From Alphaproteobacteria bacterium (lineage in GTDB: Bacteria > Pseudomonadota > Alphaproteobacteria > UBA828): 64,000 nt of DNA. Position 1 is the first letter of the stretch; each line of letters begins with the position of its first letter. The position numbers and the translations under genes were made by a program. A model generated the notes under the pieces. It was not told the origin of the DNA. It worked only from the letters and a program-made list of their open reading frames with translations, and searched no databases. The stretch lies in the NCBI GenBank assembly GCA_965221125.1, contig CBDCRW010000006.1:858750-922749 (forward strand), read 5' to 3'. Positions 19,894-31,142 of the stretch are shown here, one piece after another.

Positions 19894-20938
19894 CGATCAG
19901 GTCCTCGGCGTAGGCGAAGAGCGCCGGCATGCCGCCGGTATGGACGAAGACCACCGTCTCGTCCGCTCCGATGGCGCCCTGCTTCACGTGATCGATCAGG
20001 CCGGCCATGGCCTTGCCCGAGTAGACGGGGTCAAGAAAGATGCCTTCCGTCCCGGCCACCAGCCCGATGGCGGCCCGCGCCTCGGGCGAGACCACGCCGT
20101 AGTCCTCGCCGATATGGTTCTCGTCGGCGCGGAAGTCGCCCGGCTGGATCGCGAGGTTGAGATCGAGCGCGCGCGCCGTCGCCGTGGCGACCCGCGCGAT
20201 GTCGAGCTCGCGCGGCTCTTCCCAGCGGATCGGGCTGATCGCCGTCACCCGCGCCTGGCGTCCCAGCGCGCGCAGGCCGGTGACGAGGCCCGCCGGCGTG
20301 TTGTTGGCGCCGCAGATGAAGACCTGGGCAGGGTCGATCCCGGCGTCCTCGAACTGGGCATCCAGCTCGATCGCGGTGCCGACGTAGCCGAGCGCCGCAA
20401 GCACCTGCTGGTCGAGGGCGAAGGGCGCGATCACGAAGGGGCGCCGGCCGGCCGCCTCGAGCGCGCGGGCCTTCTCGTCGAGCAGCGGCTGGATCTTCTC
20501 CATGCTGTCGATGTCCACCACGGTCACGTCCGCGCCCATCAGGCGGTCGAGCAGCAGGTTGCCCTGCACCCGCGGTCCCTTGACGCCGTGGATCAGCACC
20601 AGCGAGACCGCAAGCCCGTGCTTGCACGCCGCCGCCGTGATCTGCCGGCACCAGTTGGACTGCGTGTAGGCGCCCGCGACCACCGTGTCCGCGCCGGATT
20701 GCAGGATCTCGGCGAAGGTGAATTCCAGGTGGCGCGTCTTGTTGCCGCCGAAGGCGAGGCCGGTGAGGTCGTCACGCTTGATGTAGAGGGCGCGCACACC
20801 AATCGCCTCGGCGAGCCTGGGGCAGGGGTCGAGCGGCGTCGGCAGGTACGCGAGCCGGATGCGTGGGTGCGCCGCCAGCCGGGCGGCGAGATCGTCCCGC
20901 GTCACCGCTGCGTCCGTGTGCTCTGCTGCAACCGCCAT
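19883..20938 (-). CDS. PLP-dependent D-cysteine desulfhydrase / cysteate sulfo-lyase family protein
   Basis: PTPL, KRDDLTGLAFGGNKTR, QSN, GNLLLD, LDPVYSGKAMAG, FVHTGG. Confidence 0.87.
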   Translation of the reverse strand: MAVAAEHTDAAVTRDDLAARLAAHPRIRLAYLPTPLDPCPRLAEAIGVRALYIKRDDLTGLAFGGNKTRHLEFTFAEILQSGADTVVAGAYTQSNWCRQITAAACKHGLAVSLVLIHGVKGPRVQGNLLLDRLMGADVTVVDIDSMEKIQPLLDEKARALEAAGRRPFVIAPFALDQQVLAALGYVGTAIELDAQFEDAGIDPAQVFICGANNTPAGLVTGLRALGRQARVTAISPIRWEEPRELDIARVATATARALDLNLAIQPGDFRADENHIGEDYGVVSPEARAAIGLVAGTEGIFLDPVYSGKAMAGLIDHVKQGAIGADETVVFVHTGGMPALFAYAEDLIDGG

Positions 20939-21114
20939 GTCGCTCCCCCACCTTCCTTCCGGCCATCCTATCGCCGCCGGGAAGCGCCCGGCAACCGACG
21001 GCACCGTCAATCGACGGAGATCGCCCCCGCGGTTCGCGGGCTGTACAGTGCCATCGTCGGTGTACTAGCATCGGCCATCGACATAAGCGCGCACGATGCA
21101 AAAGGGAGATTCCG

Positions 21115-22677
21115 ATGACCAAGACGACACGGCGCAATTTCCTGAAGGGCACCGCCGCTGCGGGCACGATCGCCGCGTTCGGCGGTCAGGCGCCTTTCTT
21201 CAAGAAGGCGCTCGGCCAGGGCAAGAAGAGCGTCGTGTGGGGGCAGACGGAGCCCTTCACGTCGAGCTGGGACCCCAGCAGCCACACCATCCTGGCGCAG
21301 ATCTACTTCGACTATGACGTGTTCGGCCAGCTCATCCGCACGCCGATGTCGCAGGCCCAGCCCGACGAGATCGTGTACGAGATGGCGACCAGCCAGAATG
21401 TGGTCGAGGACGGCTGGCTCGAATACACGCTGCGCAAGGACATCAAGTTCCACCGCGGCCAGCCCTTCACCGCGCATGACGTGAAGGCGACCTTCGAGTA
21501 CGCCTCCAATCCCGAGCGGCCGTCCGGCACGTGGTATCCCGGCCAGGCCGAGGTGCAGGTGGTCGACGACTACACCTGCCGCGTGCGGGGCGAGGGCGGC
21601 TCCTATCCGGGCTCTCTGTTCTGGTTCCTCGCGGGCTTCCTGCCGATCCTGTCGAAGGACGATATCGATACCAAGGCCATCGACGAGTTCCCCAACGGCT
21701 CCGGCTCCTACAAGTTCATCAGCCGCGACGGGCCGACGACGATCCTCAACGCCAACCCCGATTACGTGCTCGGCTCGCCCGAGATCGAGGAGGTCGTCTA
21801 CCAGTTCGTGCCCGACGCCAGTACCCGTCTGGTGAGCCTGATTAGCGGCGAGCTCGACATCATCGAGCGCGTCGAGCCCGAGCAGTACGAGACCCTGCTG
21901 GAGGAGGACGTCACGACCTCGCGCACGGTCTCGACCGAGAACAAGTACCTCCATTTCCGCTGCTACGAGCCGCCGTTCGACGACGTGCGCCTGCGCCACG
22001 CGGCGGCCCACGCCATCGACCGCGACCTCATCCTCGAGCTGATGGGGCCGGCCGGGCACCCGACGGTGGGGCAGCTCTCCTCGGCGAAGTTCGGCTACAC
22101 CGACACCATCCCGAACTCGCCGGAATACAACCCAGAGCGCTGTCAGGAGCTTCTGGCCGAGGCCGGCTACCCCGGCGGCGACGGCCTGCCGCCGATCGAG
22201 TACCTGACCTCGCAAGGCTTCTATCCGAAGACCAAGGAGTACGGCGAGGTCATCACCGCGCTGCTGCAGGAGCAGGGCTTCCCGGTAGAGTTCACGGTGA
22301 TGGAGGTCGCCTCCTGGATCGAGCGCGTGTTCGTCCGCGACGAGACCGCGCCTCAGCTTGCCGATACCGGCTGGATGACCGGATCGCCCGAGCCCAACCT
22401 GGTGCTCAGGCCCATGTGGCATTCGGACGGCCTGATCCTGACCAACTGCGGCAGCGACACCGTGGATGCGGCGATCGAGAAGCAGCAGACGATCACCGAC
22501 GTGGACGCGCGGCGCGCGTCGATCCAGAACGAGCTGATGCCGGCGCTGGCCGACCATCTGCCGAGCTTCGGGCTCTTCACCTCGGTGCTGATCCACGCCC
22601 ACCATCCGGCTATCGAGGGGATCTACTTTCTGCCCAACGGGCCGGTGGACAAGGTCAAAGCGACGCTCACGTCTTGA
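21115..22677 (+). CDS. ABC transporter substrate-binding protein, family 5 (Dpp/Opp-like), Tat-exported
   Basis: TTRRNFLK twin-arginine signal, LRKDIKFHRG..TAHDV, GSGSYK, PFDDVRLRHA. Strong SD (AAGGGAG). Confidence 0.92.
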   Translation: MTKTTRRNFLKGTAAAGTIAAFGGQAPFFKKALGQGKKSVVWGQTEPFTSSWDPSSHTILAQIYFDYDVFGQLIRTPMSQAQPDEIVYEMATSQNVVEDGWLEYTLRKDIKFHRGQPFTAHDVKATFEYASNPERPSGTWYPGQAEVQVVDDYTCRVRGEGGSYPGSLFWFLAGFLPILSKDDIDTKAIDEFPNGSGSYKFISRDGPTTILNANPDYVLGSPEIEEVVYQFVPDASTRLVSLISGELDIIERVEPEQYETLLEEDVTTSRTVSTENKYLHFRCYEPPFDDVRLRHAAAHAIDRDLILELMGPAGHPTVGQLSSAKFGYTDTIPNSPEYNPERCQELLAEAGYPGGDGLPPIEYLTSQGFYPKTKEYGEVITALLQEQGFPVEFTVMEVASWIERVFVRDETAPQLADTGWMTGSPEPNLVLRPMWHSDGLILTNCGSDTVDAAIEKQQTITDVDARRASIQNELMPALADHLPSFGLFTSVLIHAHHPAIEGIYFLPNGPVDKVKATLTS

Positions 22678-22687
22678 CCGATCCTTT

Positions 22688-22717
22688 GCGGGGGCTCCGG
22701 GCAGGCGGAGCCCCCGC
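22688..22717 (+). terminator. 12-bp perfect hairpin after the SBP gene (mRNA stabiliser or partial terminator)
   Basis: GCGGGGGCTCCG-GGCAGG-CGGAGCCCCCGC followed by CTCTCTT. Confidence 0.6.
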
Positions 22718-22751
22718 CTCTCTTCATCCCGCCGCGTAGCACGGTCCCAGC

Positions 22752-23771
22752 ATGGCATTCGTCCTCACGTTCCTGATCCGCCGCCTTGCGCAGGGCGTGG
22801 TCATCGTGCTGCTGGTGACGTTCCTGATCTTCACGTTGCTGCGGGTCATTCCGGGCGATCCCGTGCGGATCATGCTGGGGCCCGCCACCACCCAGGCGGT
22901 GGTCGAGGCCCGCGCGCAGGAGCTGGGCCTGCGCGATTCGATCCCCGAGCAGTTCGTCCGCTACATCGCCAAGGCGGTGCAGGGCGACTTCGGCGAATCC
23001 TACTTCATCGGCGAGACCGGCATCGCGCTCACGGCGCAGAACGTCGTCGGCGGCAAGGGGCAGGACACCGCCACCGAGCAGCGCGAGGCCAAGATGACCC
23101 GCGCCGGCGTGCTCAAGGTCATCGCCGACGGTCTGCCGTACACGCTGATGCTGGCGGGCATGGGCTTGCTGTTTACGCTCTTGATGGCGGTGCCGCTTGG
23201 AATTGCGGCCGGCCTCAATCAGGAGAAGTGGCAAGACCGATTAGCATTCTTTATAGGTTCGGTCTTCATATCGCTGCCAAACTTCTGGTTAGCCTTGGTG
23301 CTGATCCTGCTGATCACGGCGCGCGCGGGCCTGCTGCCCTCCATCGGCTACAAGGGCTTCGGCTACGTCATCCTGCCGGCCATCGTGCTGGCGGTGGAGC
23401 TGGCACCCATCATCATCCGCGGGCTTTCGATGTCGATCGCCCAGGCGCTGCAGGCGGGCTACGTCTCCGGCGGCATCGTGCGCGGGCTGCCCTGGCGGCA
23501 GATCATCGTGCGCCATGTGCTGCGCAACTCGTCGATTCCCATGCTGAACCTCTTCGGCGTGCAGATCGGCGGCCTGCTGCTCGGCGGCGTCTTCGTCACC
23601 GAGTTCGTGTTCGACTATCCCGGTGTCGGGCGGTCCACCGTGCAGGCGGTGCTGCAGCGTGACTTCCCGGTGATTCAGGGCGTCGCTATCCTGGCGGCGA
23701 GCATTCTCGTGCTCGCCAACATCATGGTGGACCTCGCGTCCACCTTCATCGACCGCAGGCTCAAGTTCTGA
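22752..23771 (+). CDS. ABC transporter permease (DppB/OppB-like)
   Basis: PGDPV, SLPNFWLAL, RHVLRNS, FDYPGVG, QRDFPVIQG. Confidence 0.93.
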   Translation: MAFVLTFLIRRLAQGVVIVLLVTFLIFTLLRVIPGDPVRIMLGPATTQAVVEARAQELGLRDSIPEQFVRYIAKAVQGDFGESYFIGETGIALTAQNVVGGKGQDTATEQREAKMTRAGVLKVIADGLPYTLMLAGMGLLFTLLMAVPLGIAAGLNQEKWQDRLAFFIGSVFISLPNFWLALVLILLITARAGLLPSIGYKGFGYVILPAIVLAVELAPIIIRGLSMSIAQALQAGYVSGGIVRGLPWRQIIVRHVLRNSSIPMLNLFGVQIGGLLLGGVFVTEFVFDYPGVGRSTVQAVLQRDFPVIQGVAILAASILVLANIMVDLASTFIDRRLKF

Positions 23772-24679
23772 TGGCCGCCGAGACGGGCACGACCGGCACA
23801 AAGCGAGGGCGGGGCGAATCCGTCACCCGGCGGATGTTCCGCCTCGCCTGGGAGATGACGAGCTTCAAGATCGGGCTCGGCGTCTTCGTCGTGCTCGTCG
23901 GCGCCGCGATCATCTGGCCGGAGCTCTCGCCCTACGATCCCATGAAGATCAGCGTGCGCGAGCGCTTCCTGCCGCCCATCTTCCTGGAGGGCGGCACCTG
24001 GGCCCATCTCGCCGGCACCGACCAGCTCGGCCGCGACCTCTTCGTCCGCTCGCTGGTGGGCTTGCGCAACGGGCTCGGCATCGCGGCGGCCGCGGTCGCG
24101 ATCATGTTCGTCGTCGGCTGCGCGCTCGGCGTGATTTCCGGCTACTGGGGCCGCTGGGTCGACATCATCCTGATGCGCATCACCGACGCCCAGCTCTCGA
24201 TCCCGGTGATCGTGCTGGCGATCACGATCCTGAGCGTGAGCCGCCCCAACCCCTTCACGGTGACCGCCGTGCTGGTGCTGGCGGGGTGGCCGATTTATGC
24301 CCGCGTGGTGCGAAGCATCGCGCTCGCCGAGCGCGAGCGCGAATACGTGAGAGGGGCGAAGATTCTGGGCGCGAGCGACCTCAGGATCGCCGCGCTGATG
24401 ATCTCGCCCAACATCCTGCCGCCCATCGCCTTCGTCGCCGTGCTCGATATCGCCCGAATGATGATCTTCGAGGCGCTGTTCGGATTCCTCGGCATCGGTA
24501 TCCAGCCGCCGACGCCGACCTTCGGCAATATCATCGCCGACGGCTACAAGTATCTGGTCAACAGCTGGTGGATCCCGACGATGCCCGGGGTCTTCCTCAT
24601 CCTCACGCTCATCAGCATCAACCTGATGGGCGCCTCGCTGGAGCGCGCCCGCAACAAGCTCTTCAAGGGGATCGTCTAG
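23771..24679 (+). CDS. ABC transporter permease (DppC/OppC-like)
   Basis: GTDQLGRD, EAA-like EYVRGAKILGAS, FLGIGIQPPTP. Confidence 0.93.
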   Translation: MAAETGTTGTKRGRGESVTRRMFRLAWEMTSFKIGLGVFVVLVGAAIIWPELSPYDPMKISVRERFLPPIFLEGGTWAHLAGTDQLGRDLFVRSLVGLRNGLGIAAAAVAIMFVVGCALGVISGYWGRWVDIILMRITDAQLSIPVIVLAITILSVSRPNPFTVTAVLVLAGWPIYARVVRSIALAEREREYVRGAKILGASDLRIAALMISPNILPPIAFVAVLDIARMMIFEALFGFLGIGIQPPTPTFGNIIADGYKYLVNSWWIPTMPGVFLILTLISINLMGASLERARNKLFKGIV

Positions 24680-24682
24680 GCC

Positions 24683-26557
24683 ATGGCCGCACCGCCGCTC
24701 CTCGATGCGCAGGGCATCTCGGTCGATCTCGTCCGCCGCGGTGTGAGCGAGCCGATCCTGCGCGACGTGAGCTTCCAGCTGCGCGAGCGCCAGGTGCTCG
24801 GCATTATCGGCGAGAGCGGCTCGGGCAAGACCGTGCTGAGCCGTGTGCTCTGCAACGCGATCTCGGAGCCGCTCGAGATCGTCGGCGGCAGCGTCGGCTA
24901 CCACGGCCGCGACCTGCTCACCATCCCGGACGCCGAGATGCAGGCGCTGCGCGGGAGCGAGATCGGCTATATCGGCTCCGACCCCGGCAGCACGCTGGAC
25001 CCGACCATTCCCGTCGGCCATCAGATCGTGGAGAAGCTGCGCGCGGTCCAGCCCGAGATGTCCAAGGAGCAAGCACGCGAGCGCGCGCTGGAGGTGCTGC
25101 GCGCGGTCCGCATGCCGAGGCCCGAGCAGCGCTTCGACGAGTTCCCGTTCCAGTATTCCGGCGGCATGATGCAGCGCGCGCTGATCGTCGACGCGCTGGT
25201 CAGCAACCCCACTTTCCTCATCGCCGACAACGTCACCCAGCAGCTCGACGTCACCGTCGCAGCCCAGATCATCCGCCTGATGCACGACCTGCGCGATCAG
25301 CTCGACACGGCGATCATCTTCATCTCGTCGTCGCTCGCCATCGTGCGCGAGATCGCGGACGACATCATCGTCCTCCAGGAAGGGCGGATCATCGAGCGCT
25401 CGACGCCGGAGGCGATCGTCAACGCGCCGGAGCACGACTACTCCAAGCGGCTGCTGGAGCGCATCCCGCGCATCTGGGCGGTGGAGGAGCGCGCCCAGCC
25501 CAAGACCGAGGGCGAGGCCGCGCTGCTGGAGGTCGACGACGTCTACAAGACCTACCGCGTCAACGACCCGACCCGCTTCTTCGGCCACAACGACGTCGAA
25601 GCGGTGCGCGGCGTCACCTTCGACGTGAAGGCGGGCGAGAACTTCGGCATCGTGGGCGAGTCCGGCTGCGGCAAGTCCACGCTCTCGCGCCTGCTGAGCT
25701 GGATCGAGGCGCCCGACAAGGGCTCGATCTCGTTCGAGGGCGACAGCATCGCCAGGATGAACCGCCGCCGCCTGCTCGGGCTGCGGCACCGCTTCCAGCT
25801 CCTGCTGCAGGATCCCTACAACGCCATGCCGCCGCACATGCCGGTCGGCCGCACCATCCTGGAGCCCCTGCTGATCCACGGCGGCATGGGGCGCCGCGCC
25901 ATGCGGAACCGCGTGCTGGAAGTGATGAACGAGGTGGGCCTGCCCGCCGACATCTACGATCACCTGCAGATCGGGCTCAGCGCCGGCCAGCGCCAGCGGA
26001 TCAACCTCGCCCGCGCGCTGGTGCTGGAGCCCAGGCTCCTGATCCTGGACGAGACGCTGTCCGCGCTCGATCAGGTGGAGCAGTCGCGGCTCTTGGAGAT
26101 CTTCGACAAGCTGCAGGCCGAGCACGGCTTCACCTACATCTTCATCTCCCACGATCTTGCCATGGTGCGCCGCGCCTGCACCCGCATCGCCGTGATGTAT
26201 CTAGGCAAGATCGTCGAGCTTGCGGACAACCACACGGTCTTCTTCGACCCCGGCCACCCCTACACGAAGGCTCTCCTGAGCGCGGTGCCCACCATCGAGG
26301 AACGCCGCTACGACGCGGCGGAGAACCTGCTGGAGGGCGAGCCGCCGAGCCCGATCGGCATTCCGCCCGGATGCAGCTTCAATTCGCGCTGCCCGCTTGC
26401 GTTCGAGCGCTGCACGACCGACGAGCCGGGGCTGGAGAACCGGGGCGACGACCGCATCAGCGCCTGCTACTGGGCCAACGCGAGCGAGGACGAGCTTGCA
26501 GCCGCGGCAGAAGCCAACCGCGCCCGCCGCGCCGCGATGGAGGCGCAAGCCTCTTAG
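24683..26557 (+). CDS. fused two-NBD ABC ATPase (DppD/F-like), first NBD degenerate
   Basis: Walker A GESGSGKT and GESGCGKST, HPYTKALL, C-terminal four-Cys motif GCSFNSRC..C..C. Confidence 0.93.
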   Translation: MAAPPLLDAQGISVDLVRRGVSEPILRDVSFQLRERQVLGIIGESGSGKTVLSRVLCNAISEPLEIVGGSVGYHGRDLLTIPDAEMQALRGSEIGYIGSDPGSTLDPTIPVGHQIVEKLRAVQPEMSKEQARERALEVLRAVRMPRPEQRFDEFPFQYSGGMMQRALIVDALVSNPTFLIADNVTQQLDVTVAAQIIRLMHDLRDQLDTAIIFISSSLAIVREIADDIIVLQEGRIIERSTPEAIVNAPEHDYSKRLLERIPRIWAVEERAQPKTEGEAALLEVDDVYKTYRVNDPTRFFGHNDVEAVRGVTFDVKAGENFGIVGESGCGKSTLSRLLSWIEAPDKGSISFEGDSIARMNRRRLLGLRHRFQLLLQDPYNAMPPHMPVGRTILEPLLIHGGMGRRAMRNRVLEVMNEVGLPADIYDHLQIGLSAGQRQRINLARALVLEPRLLILDETLSALDQVEQSRLLEIFDKLQAEHGFTYIFISHDLAMVRRACTRIAVMYLGKIVELADNHTVFFDPGHPYTKALLSAVPTIEERRYDAAENLLEGEPPSPIGIPPGCSFNSRCPLAFERCTTDEPGLENRGDDRISACYWANASEDELAAAAEANRARRAAMEAQAS

Positions 26558-26591
26558 CCGAACTCGGGCGGCCCAGGACGGGAGCCGCTCG

Positions 26592-27620
26592 TCAGCGCAG
26601 CTCTTCCGTCATCTGCGCCTCCGAGCCGCGAGAGAGCGCGGCGCCGGCTTCGGCCGTGATCTCGTAGGAGCGCAGACGTGCCGCGTGGTCGTGGATGTTG
26701 GAGGTCACCATGATCTCGTCCACGCCGGTCTGCTCGGCGAACGCGCCCAGCCGCTCCACCACCGTCTCCAGCGTGCCCGAGGCCGCGCAGGTGAACCAGC
26801 GGGCGAGGATGTTCCGTTCCTGCGGGTCGAGCGTGGCCTCGAAGCCCTGCACCGGGCGGGGCAGGGGCCCCGGCGCATTGCGGTGCAGGTTCAGCACCGA
26901 TTGCTGGGCCGAGCTCCGCACGTAAGCTGCCTCGTCCTCGCTGTCGGCGGCGAAGACGTTGAACCCCGCCATCATGTAGGGTTCCGCGCACTGCTCCGAG
27001 GGGCGGAACTGCTCGCGGTAGACCTCGATCGCCTGCATCAGCGCTGCGGGCGCGAAGTGCGAGGCGAAGGCGTAGGGGAGCCCGAGAGCGGCCGCGAGCT
27101 GCGCGCCGAAGAGGCTGGAGCCCAGGATCCAGAGCGGCACGTTGAGGCCGGCGCCTGGCACGGCGCGCACCCGCCTGCCCGGCTGCGACGGCTGGAAGTA
27201 GCTCTGCAGCTCCACCACGTCGCGGGGAAAGTCGTTGACGTCGCCGGTGAGCGTGCGCCGGAGCGCATGCGCGGTCATCTGGTCCGTTCCCGGCGCGCGG
27301 CCGATGCCGAGGTCGATCCGCCCCGGATAGAGCGATTCCAGGGTGCCGAACTGCTCGGCGATCACCAGCGGCGCGTGGTTGGGCAGCATGATGCCGCCGG
27401 CGCCGACGCGCATCGTCTCGGTCGCGCCCGCGACGTGGCCGATCAGCACCGCCGTCGCGGCGCTGCCGATGCCCGCCATGTTGTGATGCTCGGCCAGCCA
27501 GTAGCGCCGAAAGCCCAGGCGCTCGACGTGGCGCGCGAGCCCCACCGTGTTGCGGAAGGCCTGCGCCGCGTTCGCGCCTTCGGGGATCGGCGAAAGATCG
27601 AGGACCGAGAGTGCGACCAT
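26592..27620 (-). CDS. LLM-class flavin-dependent oxidoreductase (YhbW-like)
   Basis: [45 protein letters not shown]. Confidence 0.92.
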   Translation of the reverse strand: MVALSVLDLSPIPEGANAAQAFRNTVGLARHVERLGFRRYWLAEHHNMAGIGSAATAVLIGHVAGATETMRVGAGGIMLPNHAPLVIAEQFGTLESLYPGRIDLGIGRAPGTDQMTAHALRRTLTGDVNDFPRDVVELQSYFQPSQPGRRVRAVPGAGLNVPLWILGSSLFGAQLAAALGLPYAFASHFAPAALMQAIEVYREQFRPSEQCAEPYMMAGFNVFAADSEDEAAYVRSSAQQSVLNLHRNAPGPLPRPVQGFEATLDPQERNILARWFTCAASGTLETVVERLGAFAEQTGVDEIMVTSNIHDHAARLRSYEITAEAGAALSRGSEAQMTEELR

Positions 27621-27641
27621 GGACCGGGCAGGGCGCCTCGC

Positions 27642-29813
<2,172 letters not shown>

Positions 29814-29934
29814 GGGCGCACTATAGGGGCGGCCCGCGCCCCCGCGCCAGAGGGGCGTCGCCGCCCTCCGCCGTTCTGGACAAACGAACGCGCCGGGCCG
29901 ATAGTGCGACCCGAATTCCCGCCGGAGGATGTTG

Positions 29935-30327
29935 ATGTATCAGAAGGAAACGCGGGCGATCGAGATCACGGTTAAGCCGTTCTATCTGGAGGAGCAGTCC
30001 GAGCCCGACGACAGCCACTTCGTGTTCGCCTACCACATCCGCATCCAGAACAACGGCCGGGACGTGGTGCAGCTCCTGAACCGCTACTGGCAGATCACCG
30101 ACGGCCTCGGCCGCATGCAGGAGGTGCGCGGCCCTGGGGTCGTCGGCGAGCAGCCGGTGCTGCGACCGGGAGAGGCGTTCGAGTACACGAGCGGATGTCC
30201 GCTCAACACCGCGACCGGGATCATGGTCGGCACCTACGAGATGGAAACGCTGGACGGCGAGCGCTTCGATGTGGATATTCCGGCATTCTCGCTCGACACG
30301 CCGGATGCGCCCGTGCAGCTTAACTGA
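29935..30327 (+). CDS. apaG: ApaG protein
   Basis: [43 protein letters not shown] before ATG 29935. Confidence 0.96.
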   Translation: MYQKETRAIEITVKPFYLEEQSEPDDSHFVFAYHIRIQNNGRDVVQLLNRYWQITDGLGRMQEVRGPGVVGEQPVLRPGEAFEYTSGCPLNTATGIMVGTYEMETLDGERFDVDIPAFSLDTPDAPVQLN

Positions 30328-30438
30328 GGCCGCGCGGCCGCCGGCTCGCCGACCAGACAAACGAACGACGCCGGGGCCGCCCCGCCGCGGCCCCGCAGCA
30401 CCGTACAGCCGGCCGAGGGCCGGAGAAGGAGATCGCCC

Positions 30439-31089
30439 GTGGACGACAGCCAGCTCGCGCCGGTGGCCGGCGCCGATGACGACACGCTCCAGGGAGCCGG
30501 CGGGCGGCCGACCAGGGAGGAGGCCGAGCAGGCGGTCCGTGTGCTGCTCCGCTGGACCGGCGACGATCCCGAGCGCGAGGGCCTGCTGGATACGCCCAAG
30601 CGGGTCGTGCGCGCCTACGAGGAGTATTTCAGGGGCTACGGCCAGGACCCCTATGCGATCCTGCGCCGCACCTTCGAGGAGACGAACGGCTACGACGAGA
30701 TGGTCGTCCTCCGCGACATCGACTTCCGTTCGCACTGCGAGCACCACGTCGCGCCGATCGTCGGCCGCGCCCACATCGGCTATCTGCCGAGCAACCGCGT
30801 GGTCGGGATCAGCAAGCTCGCGCGCGTGGTCGACGTGTACGCCCGGCGCCTGCAGATTCAGGAGAAGCTGACCGCCGAGATCGCCGATTCGATCGAGACG
30901 GTGCTGCAGCCGCGCGGCGTCGGCGTCGTGATCGAGGCGGCGCACCACTGCATGACGACCCGCGGTGTCTCCAAGGAGGGAGTCCTCATGGTGACGAGCC
31001 GGATGCTCGGCACGTTTCGCACGGATCCGAAGACCCGCCGCGAGTTTCTCAGCATGATCGGGAACCCGGCGGCCTCGGTGCCACGCTAG
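30439..31089 (+). CDS. folE: GTP cyclohydrolase I
   Basis: [39 protein letters not shown]. Confidence 0.97.
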   Translation: MDDSQLAPVAGADDDTLQGAGGRPTREEAEQAVRVLLRWTGDDPEREGLLDTPKRVVRAYEEYFRGYGQDPYAILRRTFEETNGYDEMVVLRDIDFRSHCEHHVAPIVGRAHIGYLPSNRVVGISKLARVVDVYARRLQIQEKLTAEIADSIETVLQPRGVGVVIEAAHHCMTTRGVSKEGVLMVTSRMLGTFRTDPKTRREFLSMIGNPAASVPR

Positions 31090-31142
31090 GCCGGTAGGCC
31101 CGGCCGCATCGCCGGGTCGCTTGAGGCCACGAACGCCGTCCG

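Noticed and set aside
19883-20938. ACC deaminase (acdS)
   Set aside because: Has PVYS/HTGG rather than the PVYE/HLGG residues diagnostic of ACC deaminase
21035-21056. Sigma54 promoter (TGGCAC on the minus strand) for the lyase operon
   Set aside because: GG-to-GC spacing is 9 rather than 10, and there is no TTGC
29873-29889. LexA/SOS box upstream of uvrB (GTTC..GAAC)
   Set aside because: It is an inverted GTTC-N9-GAAC, not the alphaproteobacterial direct repeat GTTC-N7-GTTC
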